In this document: positions 1-13,134 of the stretch, piece by piece
Layout: each line of letters begins with the position of its first letter
How positions within the stretch are numbered: the stretch's first letter is position 1
Source: Felis catus
Taxonomy: Eukaryota
Length of the DNA stretch: 64,000 bases
Assembly (NCBI RefSeq): GCF_018350175.1
Contig: NC_058368.1
Span: 221,776,001-221,840,000, forward strand
Reading direction: 5' to 3'
The notes under the pieces: generated by a model
The model's database searches: none
What the model was told of the DNA's origin: nothing
The model's input: the letters and a program-made list of their open reading frames with translations, nothing else
Translations under genes and position numbers: made by a program

Positions 1-300
1 CAGATGGAAGTGTGGGTCAGAGGATACCGTAACTGGGTCCTCTGCTGAAACCTCAGCGCCTCTCAGGCTGAAATCAAGGCGTCGGCTGGGGTGCCATCTG
101 ATTTGAAGCTTAGAGACACTTTCCAAGCTTATTGGTTGTGGGCAGAGTTCATTTCTTTGTGGCTTTATGACTGAGGTCGGTATTTCTTGCTAGTTATTGG
201 CTAGGTTTCAGTGTCAACTCCGGTAGGTGCCCCTTGAGGACTTGCCAGGTGGTTTCTACCCTCATGAGTTTACTTCTTCAAGGCCAGGAGGAAATTATCT
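1..300 (-). mobile_element. MaLR (MLT-type) LTR fragment
   Basis: Motifs ggctgaaatcaaggcgtcggctgggg and ttccaagcttattggttgtgggcagagttcatttc resemble recalled MLT LTR consensus; boundaries approximate. Confidence 0.55.
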
Positions 301-2842
301 GCACTGCCTTTTTTTATTTATTTTTATTTTTTAAGTTTATTTTAACCATCAGGTGGGAGTGGCACCTTAATCAAGCAGGTAAATAAAATGAATAAAATGT
401 AGATCTTGTCTAGAAAGAAGTTGCCCAATCATGTAGATAATCAGGAGCATTTTGATGTCTAGGAGAAAGTAAGGGCAGAGGAGGGGAACACATGGTATTA
501 GTGGCTATATTCTGAGACAGAAGTGAATTCTGGCCCCCCTCACCCCAAAGGGGTAAGTATAAGCTAGGACAGCTCAGGTAGCTTTCTAGGCAAAAGGACC
601 CAAGGTGATCACGTCAAAATAATCTTACGTTAGAAGATAGGGGTCAGTATGATGGAAAATTATATTGTTTCACATTCATAGAGCATTTAGGGTTTATAAA
701 AACAGGAAATATATTTTTCTATGTCCTCTAATTTGAATGACCTAGCACAGCCCTCTTTCTTACACATCGGTCTCTCTCATTCATTAAACGAGATGACATG
801 TTTCTCACGAATTTCTGAGTTTGTCGAATGCAGAAAAAGCAAATCTGGTTTGTCATTGCACCCAGGAAGCATTCCAAGCCTCACCACCATGTAGGCTGTT
901 GATATTTTTTAAATTAATTCAATATTAAATGGCTTAATTTTGTTAGATATTTCTTCTTTTTCTCAACCTAAAGTTACCATTTTAATAATTTGAATTTTGT
1001 TAATTCCACTGAGACACTATTACAATAAGCCTAACTCAGGTTCAAAAGGATATCCCTTTAAATATTTAAAAATGGTTTTCCTATCTTGCTTTGATCTTTA
1101 TTCTATGTAAACATTCTCAGTAATTGTTAACAGTTTCATATTTTCTGCTTGAATAATGCTTTGCTGTCCTATTCTGGCAATTGGTTTTTGTTGTTGTTGT
1201 TTGTTGTTTTGTTTTGCTTTTTCATGATTTTGATTCCTTTAACAAAACACAGTAGTCAAGCTGTAGGCTTATCGAAATAGCAACATGGGACTACCTCCTT
1301 TTTTGTTCTTGATATTATGTTCCTATTCATTTAACCAATAGCTAAAATATCAATGATGGCATATTATGCATGCCATTATTTACTTTTATTGGCTTAATGA
1401 TAAATTGAAATTCTTGACAAAACAGATGGAAATTGAAGAAAATAAATATCATATTGACATAATATAATAGGCAAATAGGCATGAGAAAAGTCACTAAAAA
1501 TACATAAAAAGATAAAAGAAAACATTGAGCGCAAAACAGATAAAAAATGAATAAAATTAGACAAATTAGATAAATAAGGGAATAATTACAGGGAAAATAA
1601 ATATAGATTCCCCTGAATGAAAATGATTGTGAACAGAACTTAATGTCACGTCTCAGTGGTGTTACTATTTGCTCTAATAAACTCCATGGAATTGTGAGAG
1701 TTTTTGAGGATTTCACAGGGATTTTTTAAAATTTTCCATTTTCATCCTCAGAGAAAGTGCATAAAATTATGGTCTTATCCTTAAGGGAGAAATAGATCTT
1801 CCTTATTTTCCCCAGGTGTGTTGAGACAAAAAACAGATCTGTTGACACAGCAATTAGCAAGTCATTGGAGTCACAGCAGAGGGAATTAATTTAGAAAACA
1901 GAAACTACTAAAGGTCCCTGAAAATCTCTATGTTAATGTTAATTTCATATTGTCTTAGTTTTTCATAGGTGATGAGAAGGGAGAGCCATTGACTCTAAAG
2001 TTTATATAAAGCACCGTGGCAACCCCATATTTCCAGAATGTAATATTTTCAGTTATTTGTAACATAAAACAAATATTCATTATAAAAGTGAAAGTAAGTA
2101 GTAGTAACGTATTAAAATAGAGAATCAGTGACTTCTGGACAAATGACTTCCAAACATCATGTTTCACAATTGTGTTTAATTTGATCATATATGTTGAAGG
2201 TAAAAGATTGGTAAAATATCCTAATGATGCATTACAATGCTTACTAATTATATATACAATGCTGAGAACACCAAAGACCAAAACTCTATAATTACCACTG
2301 TGTATGCTTTAAATCCTGACAGAGTCCTTTTTTTTAGTGAAAAGACTTAAACAGTAAAAAATATTTAATAAAAAATTATATTACTGTCAAAATAAGAAGA
2401 GTAGTTCAAGAAAAAAAAACATATTTTCTTGTACCAAATTTTAAACTGGAATGTAGACTGTCCTAGCTATCCAATTTCAATTTTATTGTATTTTAATTAT
2501 AGCTTAATTCCACTAGATGTCAGTATTGTATAAGATCAGAAAATAACTTGCCTTAAAATTTCTCTTGGTGTTTTAACTGCTCCTACAAAATGAATAAGCC
2601 CTACTTAAGCATGTATGTGCACATACGTGCCATTTTAGTATATGCAACTAATTATCGTTACAAGTTACCCAGAATAATCTACAAGAGCGTGATTCCGAAA
2701 CTGTGTCTTCACCCACTAATTACAAGTTTTGAAACCGATTCAGAATTGGTATTACCTTGCAAATGTTCTGAAACAATGTTCACCATCTTTGCCACATTCT
2801 ATATGCATGCACCTCTTCATTTTCGATTTGTCCTTATTCCAG

Positions 2843-3096
2843 CCATTAGATTTTGAAACAAAGAAGGCATATACTTTTAAAGTAGAAGCCTCCAACCTTC
2901 ACATTGACCACAGATTTCACTCCGCGGGCCCTTTTAAAGACACAGCCACAGTGAAGATCAGTGTGCTGGATATTGAGGAGCCACCGGTGTTTAGCAAGCC
3001 GCTCTATACCATGGAGGTTTATGAAGACACTCCAGTTGGGACCATCATCGGTGCTGTCACTGCACAAGACCTAGATGTGGGCAGTAGTGCTGTTCG
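2843..3096 (+). CDS. CDH12: Cadherin-12 internal coding exon (end of EC3/start of EC4), 254 nt
   Basis: Acceptor ccttattccag|CCA, donor CG|gtaaga; encodes [18 protein letters not shown]...DIEEPPVF...[13 protein letters not shown](R) with cadherin LDFE and AxDxD motifs. Confidence 0.96.
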
Positions 3097-3269
3097 GTAA
3101 GAAAAAGAAACTTTTCATTTTCTGTGTGTCGGAAGAGAAAGGAAAAACAATGCTCTGTCCAAACCTGCATGGATGATTTAGTTTGGGGAAAATGTTATGC
3201 CTTCGCATGATACGTATTAGAGGAAAAGCCACAGGATTTGAAGACATCTGCTATCGGTCCCTGTAGCAG

Positions 3270-3435
3270 TGGCTTAACAGTGGCATGATGGTGAACATGT
3301 TACTCAAGCTAACCAGTCGCAATTTTTCATTTGTAAAAGGCATTTATTAATACAACCTCAAAGGATGAATTCCCATGATTCATGATATGGAGATACTTTC
3401 ACAGTGCCTGAAGTATAGTAGACATTTAATACATT
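3270..3435 (+). mobile_element. MIR fragment (degenerate)
   Basis: tttttcatttgtaaaagg...cacagtgcctgaagtatagtagacatttaata resembles MIR core and 3' end. Confidence 0.45.
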
Positions 3436-5490
3436 TTTTCAATTACTCAAAAATCTCTGTCTCTTACCAGAAGTCAGTGTTTGAGAGAGATGGTTTGACC
3501 AACTTGCCATTTGCAGTTCATTTTTTTCACTGACAATTGTGTCCACTGATGAAAGCAGTTAGAGCCAGTTCTAGGGTAAGATGAATTATGGAATTTCTCA
3601 AAGCCCAGACGTTACAAAGAGCTCCTTTTGCTATAAGGCTGCTGGGTAGTGAGTCAACAAAGCCATCGGTAGAGTAAGAACATAATCTCTCTCTCTCCTT
3701 CCTCCCGAAACCCATACATTCCATTTGTACTACTACTGAAACAGTGGGATTTCCCTTTCCCTGACTTATACATTGATTCTGCAACATAGTTTGAGACTTC
3801 CTATTGATTCAACTCTATTTCTTCTGAACCTTTAAATTCCCTGCCACCTGCCCATATCCCACATGCATACAAGCACTGGGAAACCAAAAAAAAAAGTAGA
3901 AAAGAAAGAGAGAGAACAGTGTGTGATTTGTTCTGAATCTTCCACCTCTAAGGGGTTAAACCTTCATATACAAAATCAGACCAAAGAAAAGTTGGCTTTT
4001 GATGCAAAAACACTATTGACCTAAGGAAAATATGTAGACACATATCTTATAAGACTTTCTGTCATGGGGCAATAATACAAAAAATGCATAAATCATTCAG
4101 TGGTTACCTCAACACATTCATAGCATATAGGAAAGTCTCAGGAAATGGCTTGAGAGCAGGTAAGCCTGGTTCTTTGTATTCATATGAATCTATCTCCCAA
4201 GATGGTCTGAGTATTCCTCTTCTCGAAACACGTCAATGGTCAGGAGAGAACGCTAAAGAAGCACTGTTTGTCTTGGGAAAGAGAAGAGAAATAGAAACTC
4301 CTGAGTGCCCCTACATGTCAGGTTGAATGCTGGTTAATTTCCTCATTGGATTCAAGTTCTTGTTCTACATGTCCATTTTACAACATGACTCACACTCAGT
4401 TAAACTCCAGAAGAGTGTGTTTATTACTAGTGTTTGTAGAAGCGTTCTCAAGAATCAGCTCTATTAGCAGCTGTTATATATTAACCTGTCATCATTCATC
4501 AATCCTATTCTTAAGACCACAAGTGTGCTGTTGATAATTGTGAAACTGGGAAATGCCTCGTGAGTAGATTCACGGGGAATTTCGAGAATATAAACAGTTA
4601 CAGAAGAAATACTGAAGGCTGTAAAGAAAGTAGTAGGTAAATAAATATGGATTGAAATTCTCTGTGATACATACAGTAAACGAGAATTCTGGAACATAGT
4701 GAAACATGACATCTAGAGAACAGGCTAAGTTATTTAATTTACTGTATGTTCTATCTTTGAAGACTGATCAAAGCATGATGGGATCAAAATATTTATAAAA
4801 TATGAACTTAATGCAGTATGTCAAAAACAAAACCAAACAAATCAGAGAATTTATAAGGAAACCCACCACCTGGCAAAGGTGGGAGGGTGGTGAGGGTTTC
4901 AGATTTCCAAATACAAGAACATGTTTAGAGTTAAGATCCTGGTGTGAGGAATAAAGAAAAGCTATGTTTTAGAGAAACAATTCAACTGTAAGACTGGTTT
5001 TGTTGTTGTTGTTGTTGTTGGGGGGGGGGGAGGTTACTGTCACGCGAGCTAGTGTCCGACGAGAGCTACTGTATATGGAATAAAGCGGCATCACTAGTCT
5101 TCCTTCTAATGGGTAGCAGCCTGACTCACCAAAGCTGTAGACACAGATGGATCTAATTGATCCCCGTGAGGGGTTGTCAAAAGACAGAGCCGCTTTTGAG
5201 TCAACATGAAAGCTCTCTTCCTTCCATGTCCTTGGAGTAAACAATAAGCTTGAATCATGTCAGTTGAGGAAACATAGGGTATGAATCATCGTATTTTGGG
5301 CCTGAAAACATGTTTGCTCACTTAAAAATGGTAGTAAAAAGATGTTGTGAAAAATAAGCATCAAAATGTGAAATTACCTAACATTTAGGTATACTTTGTT
5401 TCCCCTTGCTTCACTGTCTTTTCACAGGGTTACCGTACGAGGCATTAATTCAGGGCTACATTATTCCATACCAGTGGGTATTTTATTACC

Positions 5491-5518
5491 TTTTTAAGGT
5501 TTATTTATTTATTTTCAG

Positions 5519-5558
<40 letters not shown>

Positions 5559-5710
5559 ACAAGCGGGGGAGGGGCAGAGAGAGAGGGAGAGAGAGAGAAT
5601 TCCCAGCAGGCTTCATGCTGTCAGTGCAGAGCTCGATCCCACGTACCGTGGGTTCATGACCTGAGCTGCAATCCAGAGTCGAATGGTTGACTGAGCCACC
5701 GAGGCACCCC
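5491..5710 (-). mobile_element. Can-SINE (tRNA-derived carnivore SINE)
   Basis: poly-T/tttattt tail, (GA)n tract, tgactgagccacc...gcacccc head in reverse orientation. Confidence 0.9.
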
Positions 5711-5825
5711 AGTATATTATTTTATTATCATTGAGCCCAGAATAAAGAACCAGAATGCAATGGCACTAAGCAAGGATTAAAACAATTTTGAAGAAAGGTA
5801 CAGTTGGGTGTAATAACTCCAAATG

Positions 5826-6150
5826 TAGTTGGCCCTTGAACAATGTGGGGGTTAGTGGCTCTAACCCTCTGCATAGTTGAAAATCCACACATAACTTGAC
5901 TCCCCAAAATCTCTAATAGCCTACTATTGACCAGAACCCTCATGATTAATGTAAGCAGCCATTAACATATATTTTGTATGTTATACATATTATATACTGC
6001 ATTCTTAAAGTAAGCCAGAAAAATAAAACATATTAACAAAAGCATGAGGATGATAAAATACATTTACAAAACTGTTTTGTATGTATCAAAGAAGACAGTC
6101 ATATAAGTGGACCTCTGCCGTTGAAACCTGTGTTGTTCAGGAGTCAACCG
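5826..6150. mobile_element. Tigger2/MER8-like non-autonomous DNA transposon
   Basis: Terminal inverted repeats tagttggcccttgaacaa ... ttgttcaggagtcaaccg followed by TA; internal gttgaaaatccacacataacttgactcccc typical of this family. Confidence 0.8.
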
Positions 6151-7205
6151 TATACCATATCTGGTCCCCCCCATCCCGAGATTAATTTCTTGTTATTGTT
6201 TCCTTTACTCTTCTAGCCTTTGCTATTAGATGCATTGATTTCCTGTCTCTAATGTTCTGTATCCTTTGACCCTCTTACTATATAGTTTATGAGAACAGTT
6301 TCTTATGAGTCAAGTGAGAATGAGTTTGCCCACCACTGGTGAAGTGAGGGATTTTCACAACAGTAGTCTCTTAAGCTTAGAAATGAAATTTAATATATAT
6401 GATCACTATTCAGTTACATGAAAATTAACATTTGTCTTGAGTATGAGTGATTTGAACTACAGAGAGATTTTAGTGGATAATTTCGTTCAGTCTGCCATGT
6501 TTCTTTTGTTACAAAGATGTAAACTTCTTAGTTATCCTATGAATTTTAAAAGAAAATTTAATCTAATTAATTTTATGTATAAAATGGGAAAAGGGATAAT
6601 TCAATTCTAAACTCAATCTATGTAAGAAGCATGGGATGATAAGAATCTGATGACTCAAAGATAAATGTATTTTGTGCATATAAACTTCCATATATAAATT
6701 CAAAATTACATAATTTAATTGAACAACTAAAATGCTCCTTATTCATGTAACCTTCTGTTTAACGGTATTTCTAACCAAAACCTACCACTTAAATCAAGTA
6801 GTAAAATCAATTAATAAACAGAAAACCATTATCAATTACCATAAGTAGATTGTGATATTTAAAATAATTAATAACTTGTCATTAAAATAGAAATGTTTAT
6901 CTGTGTCCTGCTTAAAATTATCTTAAATCCTAAATTTGGTCTGTTCACCAGAGTTTTGGGAAAAAAAATCTGTAATCAACTGGCATTGATTTTTTTCATC
7001 ATGAATTAAGAGACTATCAGTGTAGCTGATTTTTATTTGAGAGACATTTCCAATACATCAAAAATCTTATTATATGGACAGGAAGTTGAGCTCAACTACA
7101 AAACACCCTTAGGAAGTGAGAGGAAAAAGAGACCCAGCTTATCAAATACCATCTAGTAGCAACATATGTAATTTATTTTCAGTGGTAATTAAATGGTAAA
7201 AATTC

Positions 7206-7431
7206 GGGCTGCCTGGGTGGCTCAGTCAGTTGATCGTCCAACTTCGGCTCAGGTCATGATCTCATGGTTCCTGAGTTTGGGTCCCGCATCGGGCTCTGTG
7301 CTGACAGCTCAGAGCCTGGAGCCTGTTTCCGATTCTGTGTCTCCCTCTCTCTCTGCCCCTCCCCCTCACGTGCTGTGTCTCTCTCTGCCTCTCAGAAATA
7401 AAGAAAAAAACTAATAAAAAAAGATTTGAAA
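7206..7431 (+). mobile_element. Felid Can-SINE with perfect 15-bp TSD
   Basis: gggctgcctgggtggctcagtcagtt head, CT tract, A tail; TSD aaatggtaaaaattc at 7191-7205 and 7432-7446. Confidence 0.95.
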
Positions 7432-7446
7432 AAATGGTAAAAATTC

Positions 7447-7640
7447 AGGGGTGTCTGGGTTGCTCAGTCAGTTGAATGTCCGATTTTGGCTCAGGTCATG
7501 ATATCATAGTTCGTGAGTTCAAGCCCCACATGGACTCACTGCTGTCAGTGCAGATCCCACGTCAGATCTTCTTTCCCCATCCTCCCATTTTTGCACTCCC
7601 TGTCTCTCAATAACACGAAACAAAACAAAACAAAAAGCAG
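7447..7640 (+). mobile_element. Older Can-SINE directly downstream of the previous SINE
   Basis: ggggtgtctgggttgctcagtcagttgaatgtccgatttt head; more diverged body; (CAAAA)n tail. Confidence 0.85.
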
Positions 7641-7963
7641 GCAAAACTTCAAAATTCAAAAAGTCGCCCACTCCCAGACATTAATACCTTCAGCCTCTAC
7701 TGCAGTGTCTAAATTCCACATTCCCCTTTTCCCCCTAAGTTTCTTTGAATTTTTCCATAATACCAGGTTCTCTCTACTTTTTCTTCTCATATTTACATCA
7801 TTTGTATGCCATATCTTTATTTTTTCACATCTTTAATTTTTCATTCTCCACTTTCATTTTCATTTATTTAGTGAGATTTTCATACGATTAAATGATGAAG
7901 TATTGGTATAATTTTTTTTTTACATTTTAATTAATTTATTAAGTTTTTCATAGATGTCTTTCA

Positions 7964-8161
7964 TTTTTTTGATGTTTATTTATTTCAAAGGAGAGCATGA
8001 GGGGGAAGGGGCAGAGAGAGAAGGAGACCCAGGATCCAAAGCAGGCTCCAGGCTCTGAGCTGTCAGCACATAGCCTGACACAGGGCTTCAACCCATGAGC
8101 TGTGAGATCATGACCTGAGCTGAGGTCGGATGTTTAATTGACTGAGCCACCCAGGTGCCCC
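7964..8161 (-). mobile_element. Can-SINE
   Basis: gcaggctccaggctctgagctgtcagc...gactgagccacccaggtgcccc in reverse orientation. Confidence 0.92.
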
Positions 8162-8174
8162 AGATTTTTACATT

Positions 8175-9200
8175 TTAGCATTTTTAGAGAAGTTTAAGTT
8201 CACAGCAAAACTTAAGTTTGCAGAGATTTCCCCGATATCCCTTGCCACCACACATGCATAGGCTCCTCCATGACTAATGTCCACCAGAGTCGTACGTTTG
8301 TTCCAACTGAACCTACACATCATAATCACCCACAGTCCATAGTTTACCTTAGGATTCACTCTTGGTTCTGTACATTCTGGGGGTTCAAGTAAATGTATAA
8401 TGACCTGTATCCATCAGTAGACATCATACAGAGTATTTTCACACTAAAATCCCCCAGGCTCTGCCTATTCATCCCTCCCCCAGCCCTACCAAACCCTGTA
8501 TGTCAATTACATGCTTATTGCCTCTATAGTTTAACTTCTCCAGAATGTCATATAGTTGGAGTCATAGAGTATGTAGGCTTTCCAGATTGACATCTTTCTC
8601 TTAGTAACATACATAAAAATTCCTTCCTACCTATTTATGGCTTCCTAGGCCACTTCTTTTTAGTGTTGAATACTATTCTGTTGTCTCGATGTACCAGAGT
8701 TTATTTGTCCACTCACTTACTAAAGAATATCTTAATTACTTTCATGTCTTGGCAATTACTGATGAAGCCATATAAAGATCTATGTGCAAGTTTGTATGTG
8801 GAAATAAATTTTCAGCTCCTTTGTGTCAATACCAAGAAGTGCGTTTGCTGGAGCATATGGTGAGATAATGCCTAGATTTGTAAGAAGCCACTACCTTGTC
8901 ATCTAAAGTGGCTGCGCCATTTTGCATTGCCACCAGCAATGAATGCAAGTTCTGGTTACTCCACACCCTCACCAGCATTTGGTGTTGTCAGCATTCCAAA
9001 GTTGGGACAACCTAATAGGTGTGTAGTAATATTTCATAGTTGTTTTAATTTGCTGATGATAGAGCTTGATAGGACATCTGTTTACATGCCTATTTGACAT
9101 CTGTATAGCTTCTTTGGTAAGATTTGTTAAATTATTTGACCAGTTTTTAAAATAAGTTTTTGTTTTCATATTGTTGAACTTTATGAATGCTATTTTTTTC
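8175..9200 (-). mobile_element. Old L1 (L1MB/L1MC-like) 3' UTR and ORF2 end
   Basis: tttagagaagtttaagttcacagcaaaa 3' UTR motif; ORF-track peptide ...MKYYYTPIRL...DNTKCW is degenerate L1 ORF2 C-terminus. Confidence 0.8.
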
Positions 9201-9640
9201 CCCAGTGCAATCAAAATGAGCAGGGAATTTTAGTAAGGGTTGCCTTTCTTTCATAGTGTCAACTCCAGATAAGATCCTATTGTAAGCCAGACATTTGATG
9301 GATGAACAGCTTGATAAAAGCGTGTCTAAAGCTTTATATACTCAATTATCCGAGTTTCTGCCTAATGGCTGCCCAAGAATATCAAGCAGATATTATATAT
9401 ATGCAAATAAAGTCATTGATAAACATATAGAACTGAGATATACCATTAAGTGATGTTCACCTCAGAATTAGCATTCAGAAATCTGAAAATGAGATTCACC
9501 AAAATTCACCCTTTCTCTTTACCTTTGTTCACACAATTCTATTCCCTACATAAAATAGTTTCTCACTCTCTATTTCATCTTCTTCATCCTAGAATTCTGC
9601 CATCTTAGGTGGCAAAGCCATATATATATGAATAGGCAAT

Positions 9641-9641
9641 A

Positions 9642-9678
<37 letters not shown>

Positions 9679-9692
9679 TACATACACATATA

Positions 9693-9733
<41 letters not shown>

Positions 9734-9734
9734 T
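9641..9734. repeat. Compound palindromic microsatellite (TA)11(CA)7...(TG)7(TA)13
   Basis: Read directly from sequence. Confidence 0.95.
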
Positions 9735-10187
9735 CTAACTCACTTCTCCTTCCTCTCAATCTTGTGTTTTTCCTATCTTTCATATTCACTAAAGACACCA
9801 ACCATATTGAACTCTATCATGGTACCTACCATTTTTAGCTTATTGAATAAATATGTATTCACTTTTTAACCACCATTCACAAATACATGAAATAAAAAGA
9901 TACTTGATAGTAATATTTCCTTATTCTCTTACATACTACATGTAAAATTCTCTTAATATATTTATACTAATATATAATGAAATGTATTAATGAAATGTAG
10001 AGTATGTATGTATATATGTGCATTTGATTTTTCCAAATTGACCATAAACAGATGTAGGTATATAAACATAATAGGTTTGAAGACCTGGGTGTTTAGATAT
10101 AATCTTTATTGAGCTTTATCTCTATATTATTATCTCTATATCTCTCTAAATAGAACCATCTTAACACAATGCAGTCAAGAGTATACT

Positions 10188-10225
10188 CTTTCTTCCTCCT
10201 TCTCCTCCTCCTCCTCCCCTTCTTT

Positions 10226-10257
<32 letters not shown>

Positions 10258-10262
10258 TTTTG
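10188..10262. repeat. (CTC)/(CTT)n polypyrimidine simple repeat
   Basis: Read directly from sequence. Confidence 0.9.
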
Positions 10263-12221
10263 TAAATGTTTTTTTCAGATCCTTAGCTTTTATAAATAGA
10301 GTTAATGGAAGCTAAATGTCATCAGTACATTTGCCAGTAGACACCATACAAAAATCAACTTTGGACAAATAATTCTCTTGAGGGTCCTAAACACAACACA
10401 GTAGTAAAAAAGTCAATAGGGCAACCTCACCAGATATTAACACTTAAAGCTGCTACTGTAGTGCCTAAATTCCATAATTCTTTCTACTTTTTCCCTGAGT
10501 TTCTTTGAAATATTCCATAATATAAGGTTCTATCTGCTTTCCCCCCATGTCTATCATTTGTACATATTATCCCTATTTTTTCATTTAATATTTTCTGTAT
10601 TCTTTATAGTTATTTTCCCTGCATCTTTCTAGTGGTCTAAAAATTTGCAATATATATTTTGGTGATACTTAATCCTAGGTAGTGTTAAAGGTCAGGTTGT
10701 CTCCGCTTAGAATTAATGAAGTGATTCATGAAAGATAGTTTCTGATAAAGAGAGTAACACATGATTTCTTTTTCTTAAAGTGAGGTTTAAAAATGCTTCA
10801 TTATGTAGAGCCCAATTTCTCATTTTGTACAACTCTAATCACCCTTTTGTATTCTGGTTTTTATTATTTAGCAGAGAGCAAACTAATTTTATATTTATGG
10901 ACTGTTTTCTTAGAAAATACTGAAGACTCAGATAGCAATTGGGAGAAAACATTTTATCCGTAAGGTTATATAAAATATTCATTAAGATAAAACAGTTAAT
11001 CCTTTTTGAGCACTGCTTGCCTTATCTCTTTACTTTAGCATTCACAATGTGAATTTTAATATATATATATATTTGCAAAAGACACATCTGATAAAGGACT
11101 GTTCTCTAATATATACAAGAATTCTTTAAAGTCAAGGGTGAAGGAGATGAAATAGAAGGTGAGAAACTATTTGAATCGAAGGGAATAGAATTGTGTGAAC
11201 AAAAGTAAAGAGAAAAGTTGAGTTTGGGTGAATTTCATTTTCAGATTTCTTAACGCTAGTTTTCAGTTATGTAATTTATCAGAGACTGGATTTACATATC
11301 TGTAATCTCTCCTTGATCTCCACTAGCCAGAAACTCAGCAGAAGCTACCCCCAGTGAGACACCTGAGTATGTATAAGCTTTAGACATTCTCTTATCCAAT
11401 TATTTATCCATCAGAATCTCCCATTTACAAGCAGATCTATGGTGAGGTTGACAATGTTAGAGAAAGGCAACACCTTTACTAGAATTCCCTGCTTATTTTC
11501 ATTGCACTGGGAATGAAAGAAGCGTTCCCTCTAAATTTACATCAATGAAATGATTAAGAATAATTAATTTGAAAGGTTGTCGATAGAGAAGATAGAGATT
11601 TTAACTTGCCATGATGAATGAGAAATTCCTTTGTGAATAAGCTTATTTTGCTTTCCTCAAATGACCAATCCATTGACAATCAATAAAAAGGAGCTCCTGC
11701 AAAGAACGTGTAAAAGTGGACAAGTTTGCTTTTATTTACCTTGGGTGCCACCAATATATAGTGAATTTGATTACCATCAATATATAGTGACATTGTAATA
11801 GATAATTTGTTCCTGGCTTTGAGCCGGGCACTTTGGTGAGTTTTGTTGAAACATTATAACTGACATTATTTTATAGAGGGAGAAACTGAGGCTTAGGAAG
11901 ATCCAATTATGTCTTCAGTAAGGATGAGAATAGGATTTAACCATAAGCAGCCAGATTCTAAACGGAGAGCTAAGTGTTTCCCTTTTTCAGTGCAATTGAA
12001 ATACTCACCTAAGTTTTTGAGTTGCTTTGCAATTTTAAGAAAATTGTTGAAAATATAATTAAAATTTCATAGTTTTGAGTAGCTTATTAAACAAAATTTG
12101 GTAGAAAGCCAAAACAAGTCAGTAAAAATGTACAATATTTAATCCTTTAAATATGGTAACCATGGACTATATTATACACTTGAAAGTATTCTAAACACTT
12201 TATTTATGTTACCCTGATTTA

Positions 12222-12435
12222 ATTTTTTTTAATGTTTCTATTTATTTTTGAGACAGAGGGAGACAGAGCATGAGCAGGGGAGGGGCAGAGAGAGGAGGAG
12301 ACACAGAATCTGAAGCAGGCTCCAGGCTCTGAGCTGTCAGCACGGAGCCTGACGCAGGGCTCAAAGTCACTGAGTGTGAGATTACAACCTGAACCAAAGT
12401 CGGACACTTGACTGACTGAGCCACCCATGCGTCCC
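12222..12435 (-). mobile_element. Felid Can-SINE
   Basis: Full SINE body; near-TSD tgttaccctgattta (12207-12221) / tgttattctgattta (12438-12452). Confidence 0.93.
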
Positions 12436-13134
12436 TGTGTTATTCTGATTTAAATCTTACAGCAACTTTAACTAAATCTGAAAAATGTTTAATTGAACTG
12501 ACACCATTGACATTTATCAGGCTGGAAAAGCAAAAACCAAAACATACGGTTGTTTTATTAACAAATTTTTGGTATGTATTGAAGTTAAATTTTATTATTT
12601 GAGATTCAGTGCCTTTCATTTTTTTAGACAACCACAAAGTTCTTATAAGATTTAGACAAAATTGAGGATTTATTGACAAAATTCAATGGATCTGTGATAC
12701 AGACTTACAGGTCTAATTTTTATGTGGATTGACCAATCCATTGATGAATTTGCTTTTATTTTTAGACAAAATTTTATGTTATTCTAGTGATACACTCAAG
12801 GAAATCTCAATGGCTAAGTGTCCAGATACTAGTTAGGGTGATGTGTTACTTTGAAGGCTATCCTATTATATTTCATGCTAACTCCTCAAAATGACAAAAC
12901 ATCCAAATTTATACATTTGTTTATAACTGACTTTTTGCATTTACCTTTTGCCTGCTGGAGGTTTCATTCTTTGCTTTATCTTGAAATGCTGAGGGAGTAC
13001 CCCATATACGGCACACACATTTTATAGCTCGTTCCCTTCTCGCTATAATTTCTTTAATTGCTTTTATAAATAGACTTTTCTCACATTTATTTGAAATTTC
13101 ATATTATTTTGATTTTTAAATATCAGTTTCTTTA

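Noticed and set aside
1342..2281. 124-aa and 108-aa minus-strand ORFs
   Set aside because: AT-rich intronic sequence giving F/I/L-rich peptides with no recognisable domain or splice context
5030..5210. Locally CpG-enriched stretch as a possible promoter or enhancer
   Set aside because: Too short and too low in GC for a CpG island; no support from sequence alone
7206..7290. tRNA-like A/B-box sequences at SINE heads as tRNA genes
   Set aside because: They are the tRNA-derived heads of Can-SINEs, continuing into SINE body and tail
11749..11793. Short direct repeat caatatatagtga; similar short repeats at about 13449-13500, 46141-46163 and 63366-63426
   Set aside because: Ordinary small slippage duplications in AT-rich DNA, with no regular repeat-spacer organisation
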